A DNA stretch of 64,000 nt, taken from contig OY969100.1 of the NCBI GenBank assembly GCA_963697895.1, forward strand, positions 1,184,001 through 1,248,000, in the 5' to 3' direction. This stretch comes from an uncultured Methanomicrobiales archaeon. Lineage in GTDB: Archaea > Halobacteriota > Methanomicrobia > Methanomicrobiales > Methanospirillaceae. The translations under genes were made by a program, and so were the position numbers. Of this stretch, positions 40,906-52,588 are shown in pieces. Under the pieces are notes generated by a model. That model was given only the letters and a program-made list of their open reading frames with translations, searched no databases and was not told the DNA's origin. Position 1 is the stretch's first letter. Each line of letters begins with the position of its first letter.

Positions 40906-42657
40906 TTACCGCTTGAACATCCGATCGATCCGGTCCCGGGTGAACGATATGATCGTCGGTCTCCCGTGCGGGCAGCTGTACGGGTTTTCGGTCCGGGCCA
41001 GCTGAGCAAGGATCCGTTCGCACTGTTCCCGCGTGCAGGCGGTACCGGCCCGGATGGCGCCATGGCAGGCAACTATCCGGCAGATCCGTTCTTTCCGGTC
41101 CGGGACACCGCGGACATCCTCCGCGAGCAGCTCGCTGATCAGTTCATGGATCACGAGCTCGTCCTCGAGCCGGCCGAGCACGACCGGGACCGCCCGGACG
41201 GCGTACCGGTCCCTGCCGAACTCCTCGATGACGAACCCTTCCTCTTCCAGGAGGGGGTGCATCCCCGGTATCAGGGCCGATTCGGTGGGGGAAAGATGGA
41301 CGATGATGGGAACGAGCAGTTCCTGGGATTCCCCGCCTCCCCGGCTCTTCTCCGAGACCTGTTCATAGAGGATCCGCTCGTGGGCAGCATGCTGATCGAC
41401 GAGGAACAACTCGTCCCCGGCGGTCCGGGCGATGATATAGGACTCCGCAAACTGGCCGATCACCTCCATCTCCGGAAGGAGGGATTCCGCCGGAATACCG
41501 GTGGGAAGCTCCGTCTGCCGCAGCTGCCGGTCTGTTTCCAGGAGGTACGGGTGGCAGGTCTCCCGGACATGCCGGGGGGTCCCGGCATGGACCGGGTATA
41601 CCCCGGTGACCGGACCCCGTTCTCCCTCCACCGGTGCTTCGGTGACCAGGGACTCGCCTTTTAACGCATTCCAGACCGTTTCCGCGATCACGGCACCGAT
41701 CTCACGCTCGTGCCCGAGCCGGACCTGTCGTTTGGTCGGGTGAACGTTCACGTCGACGAGCCGGGTATCGATCTCCAGGTTCAGGAAGACCACCGGGTAC
41801 GTGTCTTTGGCGAGCAGTGTGCCATATCCTTCACGTACCGCTCCGATGAGCGGCACCGAGTGGATATGCCGCCGGTTGATCGCGATATACATCTGGTACG
41901 GGTTCGGGCGCGAAAGGCCGGGGGGGGAGAGGTACCCGGAGAGCTGCACGAGCGGGTGGGAACCGTTCACCGGAATCATCTCCTCTGCGACCCCGGTCCC
42001 GAAGAGACAGGCGATCGCCTCCCGGAGATTGGATGCACTCTGCGTCGATATCTTCTCCCGGCGATTGTACACCATCCGGAATGCGATATCCGGGTGGCTG
42101 ATGGCGATCTCTTCCACCACCCCGGTGATCCGGGTAACCTCCCAGGCGAGGCTCTTCTGGAATTTTTTCCTCGCCGGGGTGTTGAAGAAGAGATCCTCCA
42201 CGATCACGGTGGTTCCTCCGGGAGTGCCGGCATCTGCGGATTCGAGGAGGGCTCCTCCCCGGACCACGATCTTCGTTCCTGCGCCTGACCCGCGGGTCCC
42301 GGTCAGCAGGGTCACCTTCGCCACGGAAGCGATGCTTGCAAGCGCCTCCCCGCGGAACCCGAGAGTATTGCATTCCGAAAGATCCGTGATCCGGGTTATC
42401 TTGCTCGTGGCATGTCGGGTGAATGCGATTGACGCGTCCGACGGGCCCATCCCGCACCCATCGTCGGTGACCCGGATCCGGGTGACGGCACCTTTCGCGG
42501 CGGAGACCTCGACTTCCACCCGGGTCGCCCCGGCATCGATCGCGTTCTCGACCAGCTCCTTGACCACCGATGCCGGCCGCTCCACGACTTCCCCGGCCGC
42601 GATCTGATTGACCGTCTCCTCGTCGAGGAGATGGATCCGGTGCTCGTCTCCGGTCAT
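40906..42657 (-). CDS. mutL: DNA mismatch repair protein MutL
   Basis: NQIAAGEVVERPASVVKELVEN, GFRGEAL, DVNVHPTK, DQHAAHER, CPHGRPT. Confidence 0.95.
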   Translation of the reverse strand: MTGDEHRIHLLDEETVNQIAAGEVVERPASVVKELVENAIDAGATRVEVEVSAAKGAVTRIRVTDDGCGMGPSDASIAFTRHATSKITRITDLSECNTLGFRGEALASIASVAKVTLLTGTRGSGAGTKIVVRGGALLESADAGTPGGTTVIVEDLFFNTPARKKFQKSLAWEVTRITGVVEEIAISHPDIAFRMVYNRREKISTQSASNLREAIACLFGTGVAEEMIPVNGSHPLVQLSGYLSPPGLSRPNPYQMYIAINRRHIHSVPLIGAVREGYGTLLAKDTYPVVFLNLEIDTRLVDVNVHPTKRQVRLGHEREIGAVIAETVWNALKGESLVTEAPVEGERGPVTGVYPVHAGTPRHVRETCHPYLLETDRQLRQTELPTGIPAESLLPEMEVIGQFAESYIIARTAGDELFLVDQHAAHERILYEQVSEKSRGGGESQELLVPIIVHLSPTESALIPGMHPLLEEEGFVIEEFGRDRYAVRAVPVVLGRLEDELVIHELISELLAEDVRGVPDRKERICRIVACHGAIRAGTACTREQCERILAQLARTENPYSCPHGRPTIISFTRDRIDRMFKR

Positions 42658-42733
42658 TTTTTTCCTTCCTTCCGGGTATGAAACCACAGTTCGTCCGGGT
42701 TTCTGCACCCTTCCCCGGTACGTTCGTTCCCGT

Positions 42734-45380
42734 TCATTTCACGCCCATGTCCATGGCCCGCCGCTGGAGTTCGTAGAGTTTCAGGAGGGCGTCCAGGGGC
42801 GACATGCCGTCGAGCGGGAGCCCTTTGAGATCCCGGAGGACCGGGTCTACTTCCGCCTCTCCCGGCGCATCGATCAGGAGCATCTGTGTGTACCGCGGTG
42901 CCTTCCCGCCGGCATACCGGTCCGGTTCCTCCTTTAACAGAGTATATGCCCGTTCTATCACTTTTGCCGGGACACCCGCCCGTTGCGCCACATGGATGCC
43001 ATAGCTCTTGTCGGTGGCCCCGGGGATGATCTTCCGGAGAAAGACGACGTCATCTCCCGTATCCTTCACGGCGAAATGGTAGTTCCTGACCCGTCTCAGC
43101 TCGGCTTCCATCGAGACCAGGTCATGGAAATGGGTCGCGAAGAGGGTTCGCGGCCCCGATGCGCCCTTCCCGTGCAGATATTCGAGAACGGAGCGGGCGA
43201 TGCAGTACCCGTCGAGCGTGCTCGTCCCCCGCCCGATCTCGTCGAGGATGACGAGGCTTTTCGGGGTCGTGTTGTTGAGAATATTTGCGAGCTCAACCAT
43301 CTCGACCATGAACGTGCTCTGCCCGCTCGCCAGGTCATCGAACGCACCCACCCGGGTGAAGATCCGGTCGACGAGCCCGACCCGGGCATATGCGGCCGGG
43401 ACAAAACTTCCCATCTGGGCCAGGATCACGAGGAGCGCCGCCGATCGCATGTAGGTGGACTTCCCTGCCATGTTTGCGCCGGTGATGATCAGGATCTGAT
43501 CCCCGGAACCGTCGAGGGAGAGGTCATTGGGAACATACCCGCTTTCCAGACCCTGTTCCACCACGGGATGCCTTCCTTCACGGATCAGCAGTCCCGTTTT
43601 TTCATCGATGACCGGCCGGACATACCGGAACTCCTTCGCAAGATCTGCAAGCGATGCCGCGACATCGAGCACGGCGATCCCGCGGGAGATCTCCTGCAGC
43701 ACCGGGATGGAACCCTGGAGCTTCCGGAGGATCCCGGCATAGAGATCCCCCTCCCGGGCACTGAGGCGGTCTTCTGCGGTTGCAATCCGGGATTCCATCT
43801 CTTTGAGCTCCGGGACGATATACCGCTCGCCCGAGACCGTCGTCTGCCTCCGTTCATAATGCGGCGGGACCAGCGCGAGGTTGGCCTTTGTGACCTCGAT
43901 GTAATACCCGAATACCGAGTTGTACCCGACCTTCAGGGACTTAATCCCGGTCTTTTCCCGCTCTTTCTGCTGGAGATCCGCCATCCACTGCCGCCCGGAG
44001 GTGGTCAGGCCGCGGAGAGAATCCAGTTCTGGATCGAAACCATCCCGGATCACCCCGCCGGACCGGATCACCGCCGGCGGATCATCGTTGATTCCCCATT
44101 CGATCAGCCCCACCAGGTCCGGCTGCTCCCGGATATCCCCGAGCGTTTTCCCGATAAGGTCGGGAAGAACCGTTCCGGCAGGGAATGCGGCCTTGATCAG
44201 GGGAACGGTCAGGAGCGTTTCTTTCAGTCCGATCAGGTCCCGTGGCCCCGCATTCCCGTACGCGATCCGTCCGGCGATCCGCTCCAGGTCGCCGCACCGG
44301 GCGAGGAGTTCCCGGACCTTCTCCCGGAGGAGCATATCCCCGGCAAAGTATTCGACCCCGTCGAGCCGGCGTTCGATCTCTCCCCGATCGGTCAGCGGTG
44401 CGGAGAGCTCCATCCGGAGGAGGCGTCCACCCATCGGGGTCTTCGTCCGGTCAATCGTCTTCTGGAGGGTCCCGTGCCCGGGATCACCCCGGACGTTCTG
44501 GAAGATCTCGAGGTTCCGGAGGGTGATCGCATCGAGGACCAGGGAGCCGCCCGGGTTCCGTATCGTAAGGCCGGTGATATGGGTGAGAGGCGCCATCTGC
44601 GTCTCATGCGCATACCGGAGCGCCGCCCCTGCGGCCCGGATGGCGGCGGGGTTCTCTGCAGCGCCGAACCCATCGAGGGAATCGACCCGGAACTGTTCAC
44701 GAAGCGCTTCCCGTGAGGATCGGTCCGAGAAGGCATCTTCGCAATACGGTGTTACGACGACCCCGCGATCGGCCAGTAACGATCCCAGCCGGCCGGACCC
44801 GGACGAGGGGATCACTGCTTCGCTCGGGCGGTATTTCGCCACCTCGGAGAGGAGCTCCCGCATCGCCCGAACAGACCCGGGCGAAGAACTCCCCGGTGGA
44901 GACATCGAGGAAGGCGGCACCGAACCGATCCTCGCGGCCGTCCGGCGCGATCGCCATGAGAAACGAGGCCCCGGAGGAGCGGAGCATCCCGGAATCGATG
45001 ACCGTCCCGGGGGTGATAACCCGCACGACGTCCCGTTTCACGACCCCTTTTGCGAGTTTCGGGTCCTCGAGCTGATCGGCGATCGCCACCCGGTACCCCT
45101 TCCCGACCATGCGTGCGATATATCCCTCCACGGCATGGCAGGGGACACCGGCAAGCGGCATCCGGTTCCCCTCCCGGTCCTTCGACCGGGAGGTAAGTAC
45201 GATATCGAGTTCCCGGGAGACGACTTCGGCATCGCTTCCGAAGGTCTCATAAAAGTCTCCCATATGAAAAAATACGATCGTATCGGGATATTTTTCCTTG
45301 ATCGTATAATACTGCTCCATCGCAGGGGTCAGCCTTACCCGCCCCGGACTCCCCTCGTCCTGCTTCGGCTGTACCATCAT
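42734..45380 (-). pseudogene. mutS: DNA mismatch repair protein MutS, frameshifted near 44860
   Basis: N part TPAMEQY..GDFYETF..DVSTGEF and C part ELLSEV..TGANMAGKST..DEIGRGTST..SYGIHVA lie in different frames. Confidence 0.9.
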
Positions 45381-45605
45381 TCACCCATCGCTTTCGCACG
45401 GGAAATGCATACCGATCCGGTACTGATAGCGCAATGGAATGGTTGCGACACGGGGATTGAACGGGAATTCAGGCATGGTTAGTTGGGAGATTCAGCCGGG
45501 AACCGGTTCCCGGCCCGGTGATCCCTTTATGTGGATTACTGCTTATCTAACCCCTGCGAACGGTGCGAAAATGAACGGCACCGGTCATCGGGGAGCGAGA
45601 ATACG

Positions 45606-47778
45606 ATGGACGACGGAAACAAAGGCACCGCAATTCAGGAAAAAAAACAGTTCAACCGTCTGATCCGGGAGAAGAGCCCCTATCTCCTCCAGCATGCAGG
45701 CAATCCTGTGGACTGGTACCCCTGGGGAGACGAGGCGTTTGCCGCGGCGAAATCCCGGGATAATCCGATCTTCCTCTCGATCGGGTATTTCACCTGCCAC
45801 TGGTGCCACGTGATGGAGCGTGAATCCTTCGAGGACCCGGAGATCGCAGCGCTCCTGAACGAGACCTTCGTCTGCATCAAGGTGGACCGGGAGGAACGCC
45901 CGGATATCGATCAGCTGTACATGACCGCAGCCCAGCTGATGACCGGTTCCGGCGGCTGGCCGCTGACGATCCTGATGACCCCCGAAAAGCAGCCGTTCTT
46001 TGCCGGGACTTATATCCCTCCGGAGAGCCGGTATGGCAGGATCGGTCTCCGGGATCTCATCGCCCGCATCAGGGAACTCTGGGAGAAGAAGCGCGGAGTG
46101 CTTCTGGTGGAGAGCAGCGGAATCATCGATGCGATCTCACGGGGATCCCGGAATACGCCGGGGAAGGAACCCGACCTTTTCACGCTGGAGAATGCGTTTG
46201 AGGCGCTTCTTCTCCGGTTCGATCCGGAGTATGGCGGGTTCGGTCATGCCCCCAAGTTCCCGACCCCGCATACGCTCCTCTTCCTGCTCCGGGTACTGGT
46301 CCCGGAATGAAAATACACACGCACGAACGATGGTCACGGTGACCCTCGACCGGATGGCGACCGGTGGGATCTATGATCATCTCGGGGGAGGTTTTCACCG
46401 GTACGCAACCGATCCACGGTGGATCGTACCCCATTTCGAGAAGATGCTCTATGACCAGGCGCTCCACGTGATGGCGTACACGGATGCATACCTTGCGTTC
46501 GGCACCCCCCGGTACCGGCAGGTGGCCGAAGATACGATCCGGTTCGTCCTCCGGGAAATGTCATCCCCGGAAGGAGGATTCTATGCCGCCGAGGATGCGG
46601 ACAGCGAGGGCGAGGAAGGAAAATTCTACATCTGGACTCGGGAGGAACTGGAAACCCTCCTGGACCCGGAGGAGAAAGAAGTCTTCTTCTCCCTGTTTCA
46701 CATCAGCAAAACGGGAAATTTCATCGATCCCGTCACCGGTGAGCGGGGAGGCAAAAATATCCTCCACCAGGTCATCACCCCGGAGGAATGGGCGGAGCGG
46801 GTGCACCGGGATCCGGGGGAGGTGGCAGAAATCCTCGAAAGTGCACGGAAGAAACTCTTTTCCGCCCGCGACGCCCGTATTCATCCCGGAAAGGACGATA
46901 AGGTCCTGGCCGACTGGAACGGCCTCATGATAGCGGCGCTTGCCCGGGCTGCACGGGCATACGATCATCCCCCTTACGCGGAAGCGGCGGGAATTGCGGC
47001 ACAATTCCTCCTCGACCGGATGCGAACCCCGGACGGAGGCCTCCTGCACCGTTTCCGGGACGGAGAAGCCGCGATCCCCGGAAGAGGAGTGGATTATGCA
47101 TTTCTTATTTACGGCCTGATCGCACTGTACGAGGCAACATTCACCCTCTCCTTTCTTAAGAGTGCGATCTCCCTCGATCAGTACTTTGTCGATCACTTCT
47201 GGGACGAAGACGGGAAGGGGTTCTTCAGCGCCCCGGCAGAGGAGACCGACCTGCCGGTGCGGCAGAAAGAATATTACGACGGTGCGCTGCCCGCCTGCAA
47301 TTCGGTCGCCTTCTCGAATGAGATCCTCCTCGGGCGGATCACCGGCGATCCGGTGTATGAACGGCGGGCGGCCGGGATATCCCGGAATTATGCCGCATTC
47401 GCCCGGGATAACCCGGCGTCCCACACCTTCTTTCTCACCGGTCTCGACCACGCACTCGGGCCTTCCTTCGAGATCGTGCTCGTCGGTGAACCGCAGGAGC
47501 CCGGCATCGCCGCCATGGAGCGGCTGATCGGGACGACCTTCCTCCCGCGGGCGGTGGTGATGAACCGGCCCGACCGGGATCCCACCCCGGAGATCACGAA
47601 GATCGCCCCGTATACGGAACCGCTGACCCGGCTCGGGGATCTTCCCACTGCATACGCGTGCACCGGCCGGAGCTGCCGGCGGCCGACAGATGAACCGGCA
47701 GTGCTTCGTGCGATCCTCGCCGGGGAAGATCCGGATCCGGCCCCGGAGAACCTGGCAGAACTCCGGAAGAAAGGATAA
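45606..47778 (+). pseudogene. YyaL/SSP411-like thioredoxin-domain protein, +1 frameshift at GGG 46291-46293
   Basis: [27 protein letters not shown], then GGIYDHLGGGFHRY..PHFEKMLYDQ in the next frame. Confidence 0.85.
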
Positions 47779-47800
47779 AAATCAGGAAAGGGTCAGGGTT

Positions 47801-48277
47801 TTACAGGTTTTTTAATGCAACCAGGTCCTTGACCCCGACAAGCTTCCAGACAAAGGATCGCTCTTCATAGGCAATCGCCTCGGGCGGGTCGTGCGGGGTA
47901 TGCCCGAGTGCCGCAAGGATATTTGACGAGAGTTTCTTCTTTTTGATAAGGTCGACGAACTCCTCCCGGATCAGTTTCTTCTCGATCGAATCGGTCACTT
48001 CTTCCAGGTATCCCTGGAGCGTGACAAAGGTATACGAGGAGAGATCCTTCGTGTACTTCTCCACTTCAACGGAAACATACGGGCTTTTACGGAAATACTC
48101 GATCTTTTTGCCGTATTTGGTGGAGAGGAAGTAGAGGAACTGGCCGTCAAAAACGTAGAGGAACGGGGCGATATAGGGGTATTTCTCACCCTGGAAGGCA
48201 ATACGGCAGATGTATCCTTCCGCGATCAGGCGATCATAATCTTCCTTGTCCATCCGGGGAATTTTGACAATCTCCAT
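47801..48277 (-). CDS. Pyridoxamine 5'-phosphate oxidase/NimA-like flavin-binding protein
   Basis: ICRIAF..YPYIAPFLY..GKKIEY..PYVSVEV. Confidence 0.8.
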   Translation of the reverse strand: MEIVKIPRMDKEDYDRLIAEGYICRIAFQGEKYPYIAPFLYVFDGQFLYFLSTKYGKKIEYFRKSPYVSVEVEKYTKDLSSYTFVTLQGYLEEVTDSIEKKLIREEFVDLIKKKKLSSNILAALGHTPHDPPEAIAYEERSFVWKLVGVKDLVALKNL

Positions 48278-48442
48278 CGGCTCACCTCATCTGCATTTCC
48301 GGCTGACCGAGATAAATATTGTTAAATATCACTCGCGGTGGAAAAAGAGAGAAAATGTGATCCTTCATCCGGTTTCCTGCAGATCCCCCGAAAAGGCCAA
48401 TTCAATGCGGCAATTTTCGTCCAATCCGGAGATGTTCTTTCT

Positions 48443-49813
48443 TCACCGGACCGGTTCCGCCGGATAGCCCGCCCGGATCCATCCCGTCATCCCGCCGAGG
48501 AGATTCACGACCCGCGTGTACCCGTTCCGGGTGAGAACGCTCACCGCGAGGCTCCCTTTATATCCCGAATCACAGTACACGATCACTTCCCGGTCCCGGG
48601 GGACCTCAGCGATCCGGCCCGGCAGCTCCCCGACGAAGATATGGTGGGATCCCGCGATCTCGCCCACACTATTCCGGTTATGGATATCCCTGACATCGAG
48701 GAGGAAGAGGGAAGAGTCCGCGACCCGGTCATGGAGTTCCTGTACCGACCAGGCATCGGAGCGTGTATGCGGTTTTCCTGTCTTGAACCACGAAGGAAAC
48801 CCGCCGGCAAGATACCCGGTGATGTTGTCGTACCCGAGCCGGATCACGTCGCGGACCACATCGTCGAGGGCGAGGGTTAAATCGGTGATAAGAATGATCG
48901 GTGTTTCATACGCGAGAAACCACCCCATATAGGCTCCGAGCCCTTCCCGCCAGATAGAGAGAGAGCCGGGGATATGGCCACCGGCATACGAGGTAGGCGA
49001 GCGGATATCGAGGATCTGGGCGCCACCGTGGCGGAGCCGGTCCACTTCCGCCGGGCTGAACGGGGTGATATCCGGGAGCCGGTGGAGTATGGGCGGGCCC
49101 GTGAGGTTCAGCATTTCCATCTTCGCAAAATACGGCGGGATATAGTACTGCTCCTTCGATACCCGTGCGATGAATGAACCCCGATCCATGCGGAGCAGTG
49201 GATTTGCCGTTTTTTCATACCCTATCGTGGTAAATTCACGCCCGGCGATGAGGGATCCGCAGACCGACCCGGAACCGTGGGCCGGGCAGACGATCGCCCC
49301 GTCTCCGCTGGGCAGTATCTTCTCCATGATGCTGTCGTGGATCAGCGCCGCCGACTCCTCCCGGGGAATCCCCATCAGGTCGGTCCTGCCGACATCCCCG
49401 GCAAACAGTGCGTCTCCCGTGAATACCATCAGCACCCGTTCCCCGCCCTCGGCATCCCGGAGCGCAAACGATATGCTCTCGGCCGTATGGCCCGGCGTCT
49501 CGAGGACCTCGAGATCGAGTTTCCCGAAGGAAAAGTGATCCCCATCACGTGCGGCGTGCCCATACCCGAACAGTGTCTTTTCGCCATGGTAAATAGCGGC
49601 GCCGCACCGGTACGCGAGTTCCAGGGAACCGGTACAGAAATCTTCATTCCGGTGGGTTTCAAAGATATGCGTGATCTGCATATCGTGATCCCGTGCGAAA
49701 TCCATGTACCGATCGCAGTCCCGTCTCGGGTCGATTACGGCAGCCACACCGTCCGAGCCGATGAGATAGGAGTTGTGCGCAATCCCGGGAGAAGTAATTC
49801 TTTCCACAACCAT
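48443..49813 (-). CDS. MBL-fold hydrolase with two rhodanese domains
   Basis: ETHRNED, TPGHT, FTGDALFAGDVGR, GHIPGS, YCDSGY. Confidence 0.9.
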   Translation of the reverse strand: MVVERITSPGIAHNSYLIGSDGVAAVIDPRRDCDRYMDFARDHDMQITHIFETHRNEDFCTGSLELAYRCGAAIYHGEKTLFGYGHAARDGDHFSFGKLDLEVLETPGHTAESISFALRDAEGGERVLMVFTGDALFAGDVGRTDLMGIPREESAALIHDSIMEKILPSGDGAIVCPAHGSGSVCGSLIAGREFTTIGYEKTANPLLRMDRGSFIARVSKEQYYIPPYFAKMEMLNLTGPPILHRLPDITPFSPAEVDRLRHGGAQILDIRSPTSYAGGHIPGSLSIWREGLGAYMGWFLAYETPIILITDLTLALDDVVRDVIRLGYDNITGYLAGGFPSWFKTGKPHTRSDAWSVQELHDRVADSSLFLLDVRDIHNRNSVGEIAGSHHIFVGELPGRIAEVPRDREVIVYCDSGYKGSLAVSVLTRNGYTRVVNLLGGMTGWIRAGYPAEPVR

Positions 49814-50013
49814 GACGAACACCGAATGGGAGTTCATATCCGACCGGACATTTAAGGGTTCCGGTAATTTCCGCCCGGATTCCCTTTCCCTGCCCTGGCG
49901 ATGATGAGTCAGGCGGGTTAGCCGAATCAGGCCTGGAACCGGGTCTCCAGGGCAGTGACCGGATCAGCCATGCTCCGCCCATAAATTCTTATTGATCTAC
50001 GTACAATTGGCAC

Positions 50014-50583
50014 GTGATGACCCAGATACAAAAACGAACGTTATTGACATGCCTTCTCCTGTTTTTCCTCGCGGGAGCCGTCTCTTTCTCCGGGTGCAGT
50101 ACCATCACCAATCCAATCCAGCCCGTTGCAGGAAATGGGACGATCCGCCTTTTCAATGCGGAGGAGGGCCTCTATGGAATCTTCTCAACCGACGGTGCAA
50201 AATATATTCCTCTGACCCTTCCTCCCGAATTTCAGGTTGAAGGGATGAATGTATCGTACACCGTGGTCGTGAACACGAGCGTTACTGCAACCCCGGGTGT
50301 GGGAACCCCGGTAGATGTGATCGAGCTCGTCCAGCTCTCGCCTCCCGGAGACCTGGTCTATGCCCTGGGGACGGTGCAGTACGTGAACCTTGAGGGGGGG
50401 TTCTACGGGATCGTCGTCGATAAAGGGAGTTATGGAACCGTCGACTTCTTCCCGCTCAACCTGGACGAACAGTACCAGGTCAACAATACGATGATCCGGT
50501 TTACCGGTATACCGCAGAAGGACCTCGTTACAACCGTGCAGTGGGGCATCCCCATCCGGATAACCAGCGTCCAGCGGGTGTAA
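50014..50583 (+). CDS. Lipoprotein with an internally duplicated small beta domain
   Basis: FSGC lipobox; GTIRLFNAEEGLYGI..PLTLPPEFQV and GTVQYVNLEGGFYGI..PLNLDEQYQV. Confidence 0.7.
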   Translation: MMTQIQKRTLLTCLLLFFLAGAVSFSGCSTITNPIQPVAGNGTIRLFNAEEGLYGIFSTDGAKYIPLTLPPEFQVEGMNVSYTVVVNTSVTATPGVGTPVDVIELVQLSPPGDLVYALGTVQYVNLEGGFYGIVVDKGSYGTVDFFPLNLDEQYQVNNTMIRFTGIPQKDLVTTVQWGIPIRITSVQRV

Positions 50584-50702
50584 CCATACCGGTGGTTTTG
50601 ACGGGGAAGGACGGGGATCTTCCCCCTCCATAGAGTAGGGGGAGTTCTGTCCCGTCTGGAGGATTCACTTCAGGGGAGAGATATTCCAGAGGATCTGAAA
50701 TC

Positions 50703-51383
50703 ATGTGCGGCCGGTTCACGATTGCAGTCACCATCGGGCTGTACGAACGGTTCTGTGTAACGAACCGGAGATACGATATTCTCCCCCGGTGGAATGTCGC
50801 ACCCGCAGAAGAGGTTCCGGTCGTTATCGCCCGGGACGGAGAGGAAACCCGGGAACTCATGATGATGCAATGGGGGCTTGTCCCGGCCTGGGCCCGCCTC
50901 CCTGCCTTCCATCCCCTGATCAACGCACGGGCCGAATCCCTTGCTGAAAAGCCGGTATTCCGGAACCTGCTCCGGACCCGCCGGTGCCTTGTCCCGGCGA
51001 CCGGGTTTTTCGAATGGCAGCATGAGGGAAAGAAGCGGGTACCCTGGTACATCCGGAAGAGGGATCGATCGCTCTTTGCGTTTGCCGGATTGTATGACAT
51101 CCGGGATGAGGAAAATGCACCGGCCTCATTCACTATCATCACGACCGCACCGAATGCACTCGTGAAGCCCCTCCACAACCGCATGCCGGTGATAATATCC
51201 GCGGACCGGGAAAATGACTGGCTCGCCGGAGTTGCTCTCGATCCAGCCGGTGTACAGGAGTATTTCCTGCCGTATCCCGAAGAAGAACTGGAGGCGTACC
51301 GGGTATCTTCCCGGGTGAACGCCACCGGGGCTGAAGGACCTGACCTGATCCAGCCGTTTTCAGGCGGGCTGCCGCTGACCTGA
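50703..51383 (+). CDS. SOS response-associated peptidase (SRAP/YedK/HMCES family)
   Basis: MCGRF N-terminus, INARAE, GFFEW, HNRMPV. Confidence 0.9.
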   Translation: MCGRFTIAVTIGLYERFCVTNRRYDILPRWNVAPAEEVPVVIARDGEETRELMMMQWGLVPAWARLPAFHPLINARAESLAEKPVFRNLLRTRRCLVPATGFFEWQHEGKKRVPWYIRKRDRSLFAFAGLYDIRDEENAPASFTIITTAPNALVKPLHNRMPVIISADRENDWLAGVALDPAGVQEYFLPYPEEELEAYRVSSRVNATGAEGPDLIQPFSGGLPLT

Positions 51384-51419
51384 CACCCTCATATAGGAGT
51401 GTGGCGATAGGTTAGGTTC

Positions 51420-51890
51420 ATGAGCGATCCCGCTGATGTCCCTGAAAAACCCCGGGAACGGAGATGCCCGTTCTGCAATCCCGAGGAGAAGTGGGTCGTG
51501 CTCCGGAACGAACTTGCGTATGCACGGCGGGATATCCGGCCGGTGAGCCAGGGGCATATGCTCATCATACCCTTCCGGCATGTACCCCGGTTCTTCGATA
51601 CGACCCCGGAAGAACGGGCTGCGATCATGGATCTGACCTTCCTCCTCAGGGATTATCTCGAAGAGCACTATCATCCTGCCGGGTACAATTTCGGCGTCAA
51701 TATCGGGGAAGCCGCGGGGCAGGTGATCATGCATCTGCATTTCCATCTCATCCCCCGGTACCGGGGCGATGCCAGAGGAGGACGAAGCGGGCTCCGGCAC
51801 GTGATCCCGGAGCCATGCGTATGGCAGCGGAAACTCGGGGATTTTTACCCGGAGCAGGCACCGCGAAGAAGACCCGCAAAAAATGAGTAG
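51420..51890 (+). CDS. HIT family hydrolase
   Basis: CPFC, GQVIMHLHFHLIPRY. Confidence 0.9.
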   Translation: MSDPADVPEKPRERRCPFCNPEEKWVVLRNELAYARRDIRPVSQGHMLIIPFRHVPRFFDTTPEERAAIMDLTFLLRDYLEEHYHPAGYNFGVNIGEAAGQVIMHLHFHLIPRYRGDARGGRSGLRHVIPEPCVWQRKLGDFYPEQAPRRRPAKNE

Positions 51891-51900
51891 AAAAGGGAGA

Positions 51901-52395
51901 TCATTTCTTTCCAGCAGACAAAGACTGCAACCGCTCCTTCACAGCCGCCACGTGCCCGACAACATTCACTTTTCGCCAGACTGCTTCGATCCGTCCGTCC
52001 GGCCCGATGAGGAAGGTGCTCCGCACCACCCCGGAGACCTCCTTCCCGAAGATCTTCTTCGGTTGCCAGACCCCGTACTTCTCCAGCACCGTATGACCGG
52101 TATCGCTCAGAATGCGGAACCGAAAGCCGTATTTTTGTGCAAATTTCTGGTGGCTTTCGATCGTGTCCGCACTGATGCCGATGATCGTCGCACCGAGCGT
52201 TGCGAATTCATCGAACTCGGAGGTGAATCCCTTCGCCTCGAGGGTGCATCCGGGGGTATTATCCCGCGGGTAGAAGTAGAGGACCACCCACTGGCCACGG
52301 AAAGACGCCAGGCATACATCTTCCCCGGATGCGTCGGGGAGACAAAAGTCGGGCGCCTGCTCTCCGGCCAGCGGGTCCGGCTGTTCGGTTGTCAT
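51901..52395 (-). CDS. bcp: Peroxiredoxin (BCP/PrxQ)
   Basis: YFYPRDNTPGCTLEA, RSTFLIG. Confidence 0.9.
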   Translation of the reverse strand: MTTEQPDPLAGEQAPDFCLPDASGEDVCLASFRGQWVVLYFYPRDNTPGCTLEAKGFTSEFDEFATLGATIIGISADTIESHQKFAQKYGFRFRILSDTGHTVLEKYGVWQPKKIFGKEVSGVVRSTFLIGPDGRIEAVWRKVNVVGHVAAVKERLQSLSAGKK

Positions 52396-52588
52396 GAGAG
52401 CAGATACACGTTCCGGGGAAAAGAAGATGCGGGTATTCATGCGGGACTTATCCCATCAGGGAAACGAAAAACGCTCCAAACCATGCGCACCAGGTAAAAG
52501 AGGCGCTTCGAAGGCTACGGAGATCGGCCATCCGGCATCCCCTGAATTGGCAGGGACCTTCTTCCTTCCCCCGTTTGCGGGAGATTTA

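Noticed and set aside
42734-47778. Selenocysteine/pyrrolysine read-through or programmed frameshifting to explain split genes
   Set aside because: The breaks are frame changes rather than in-frame stops, and no canonical slippery heptamer was seen at the mutS or yyaL-like break.
49895-49960. Fluoride riboswitch or hammerhead ribozyme
   Set aside because: GGCGATG is not followed by the complementary CGCC and pseudoknot, and there is no CTGATGA...GAAA core.
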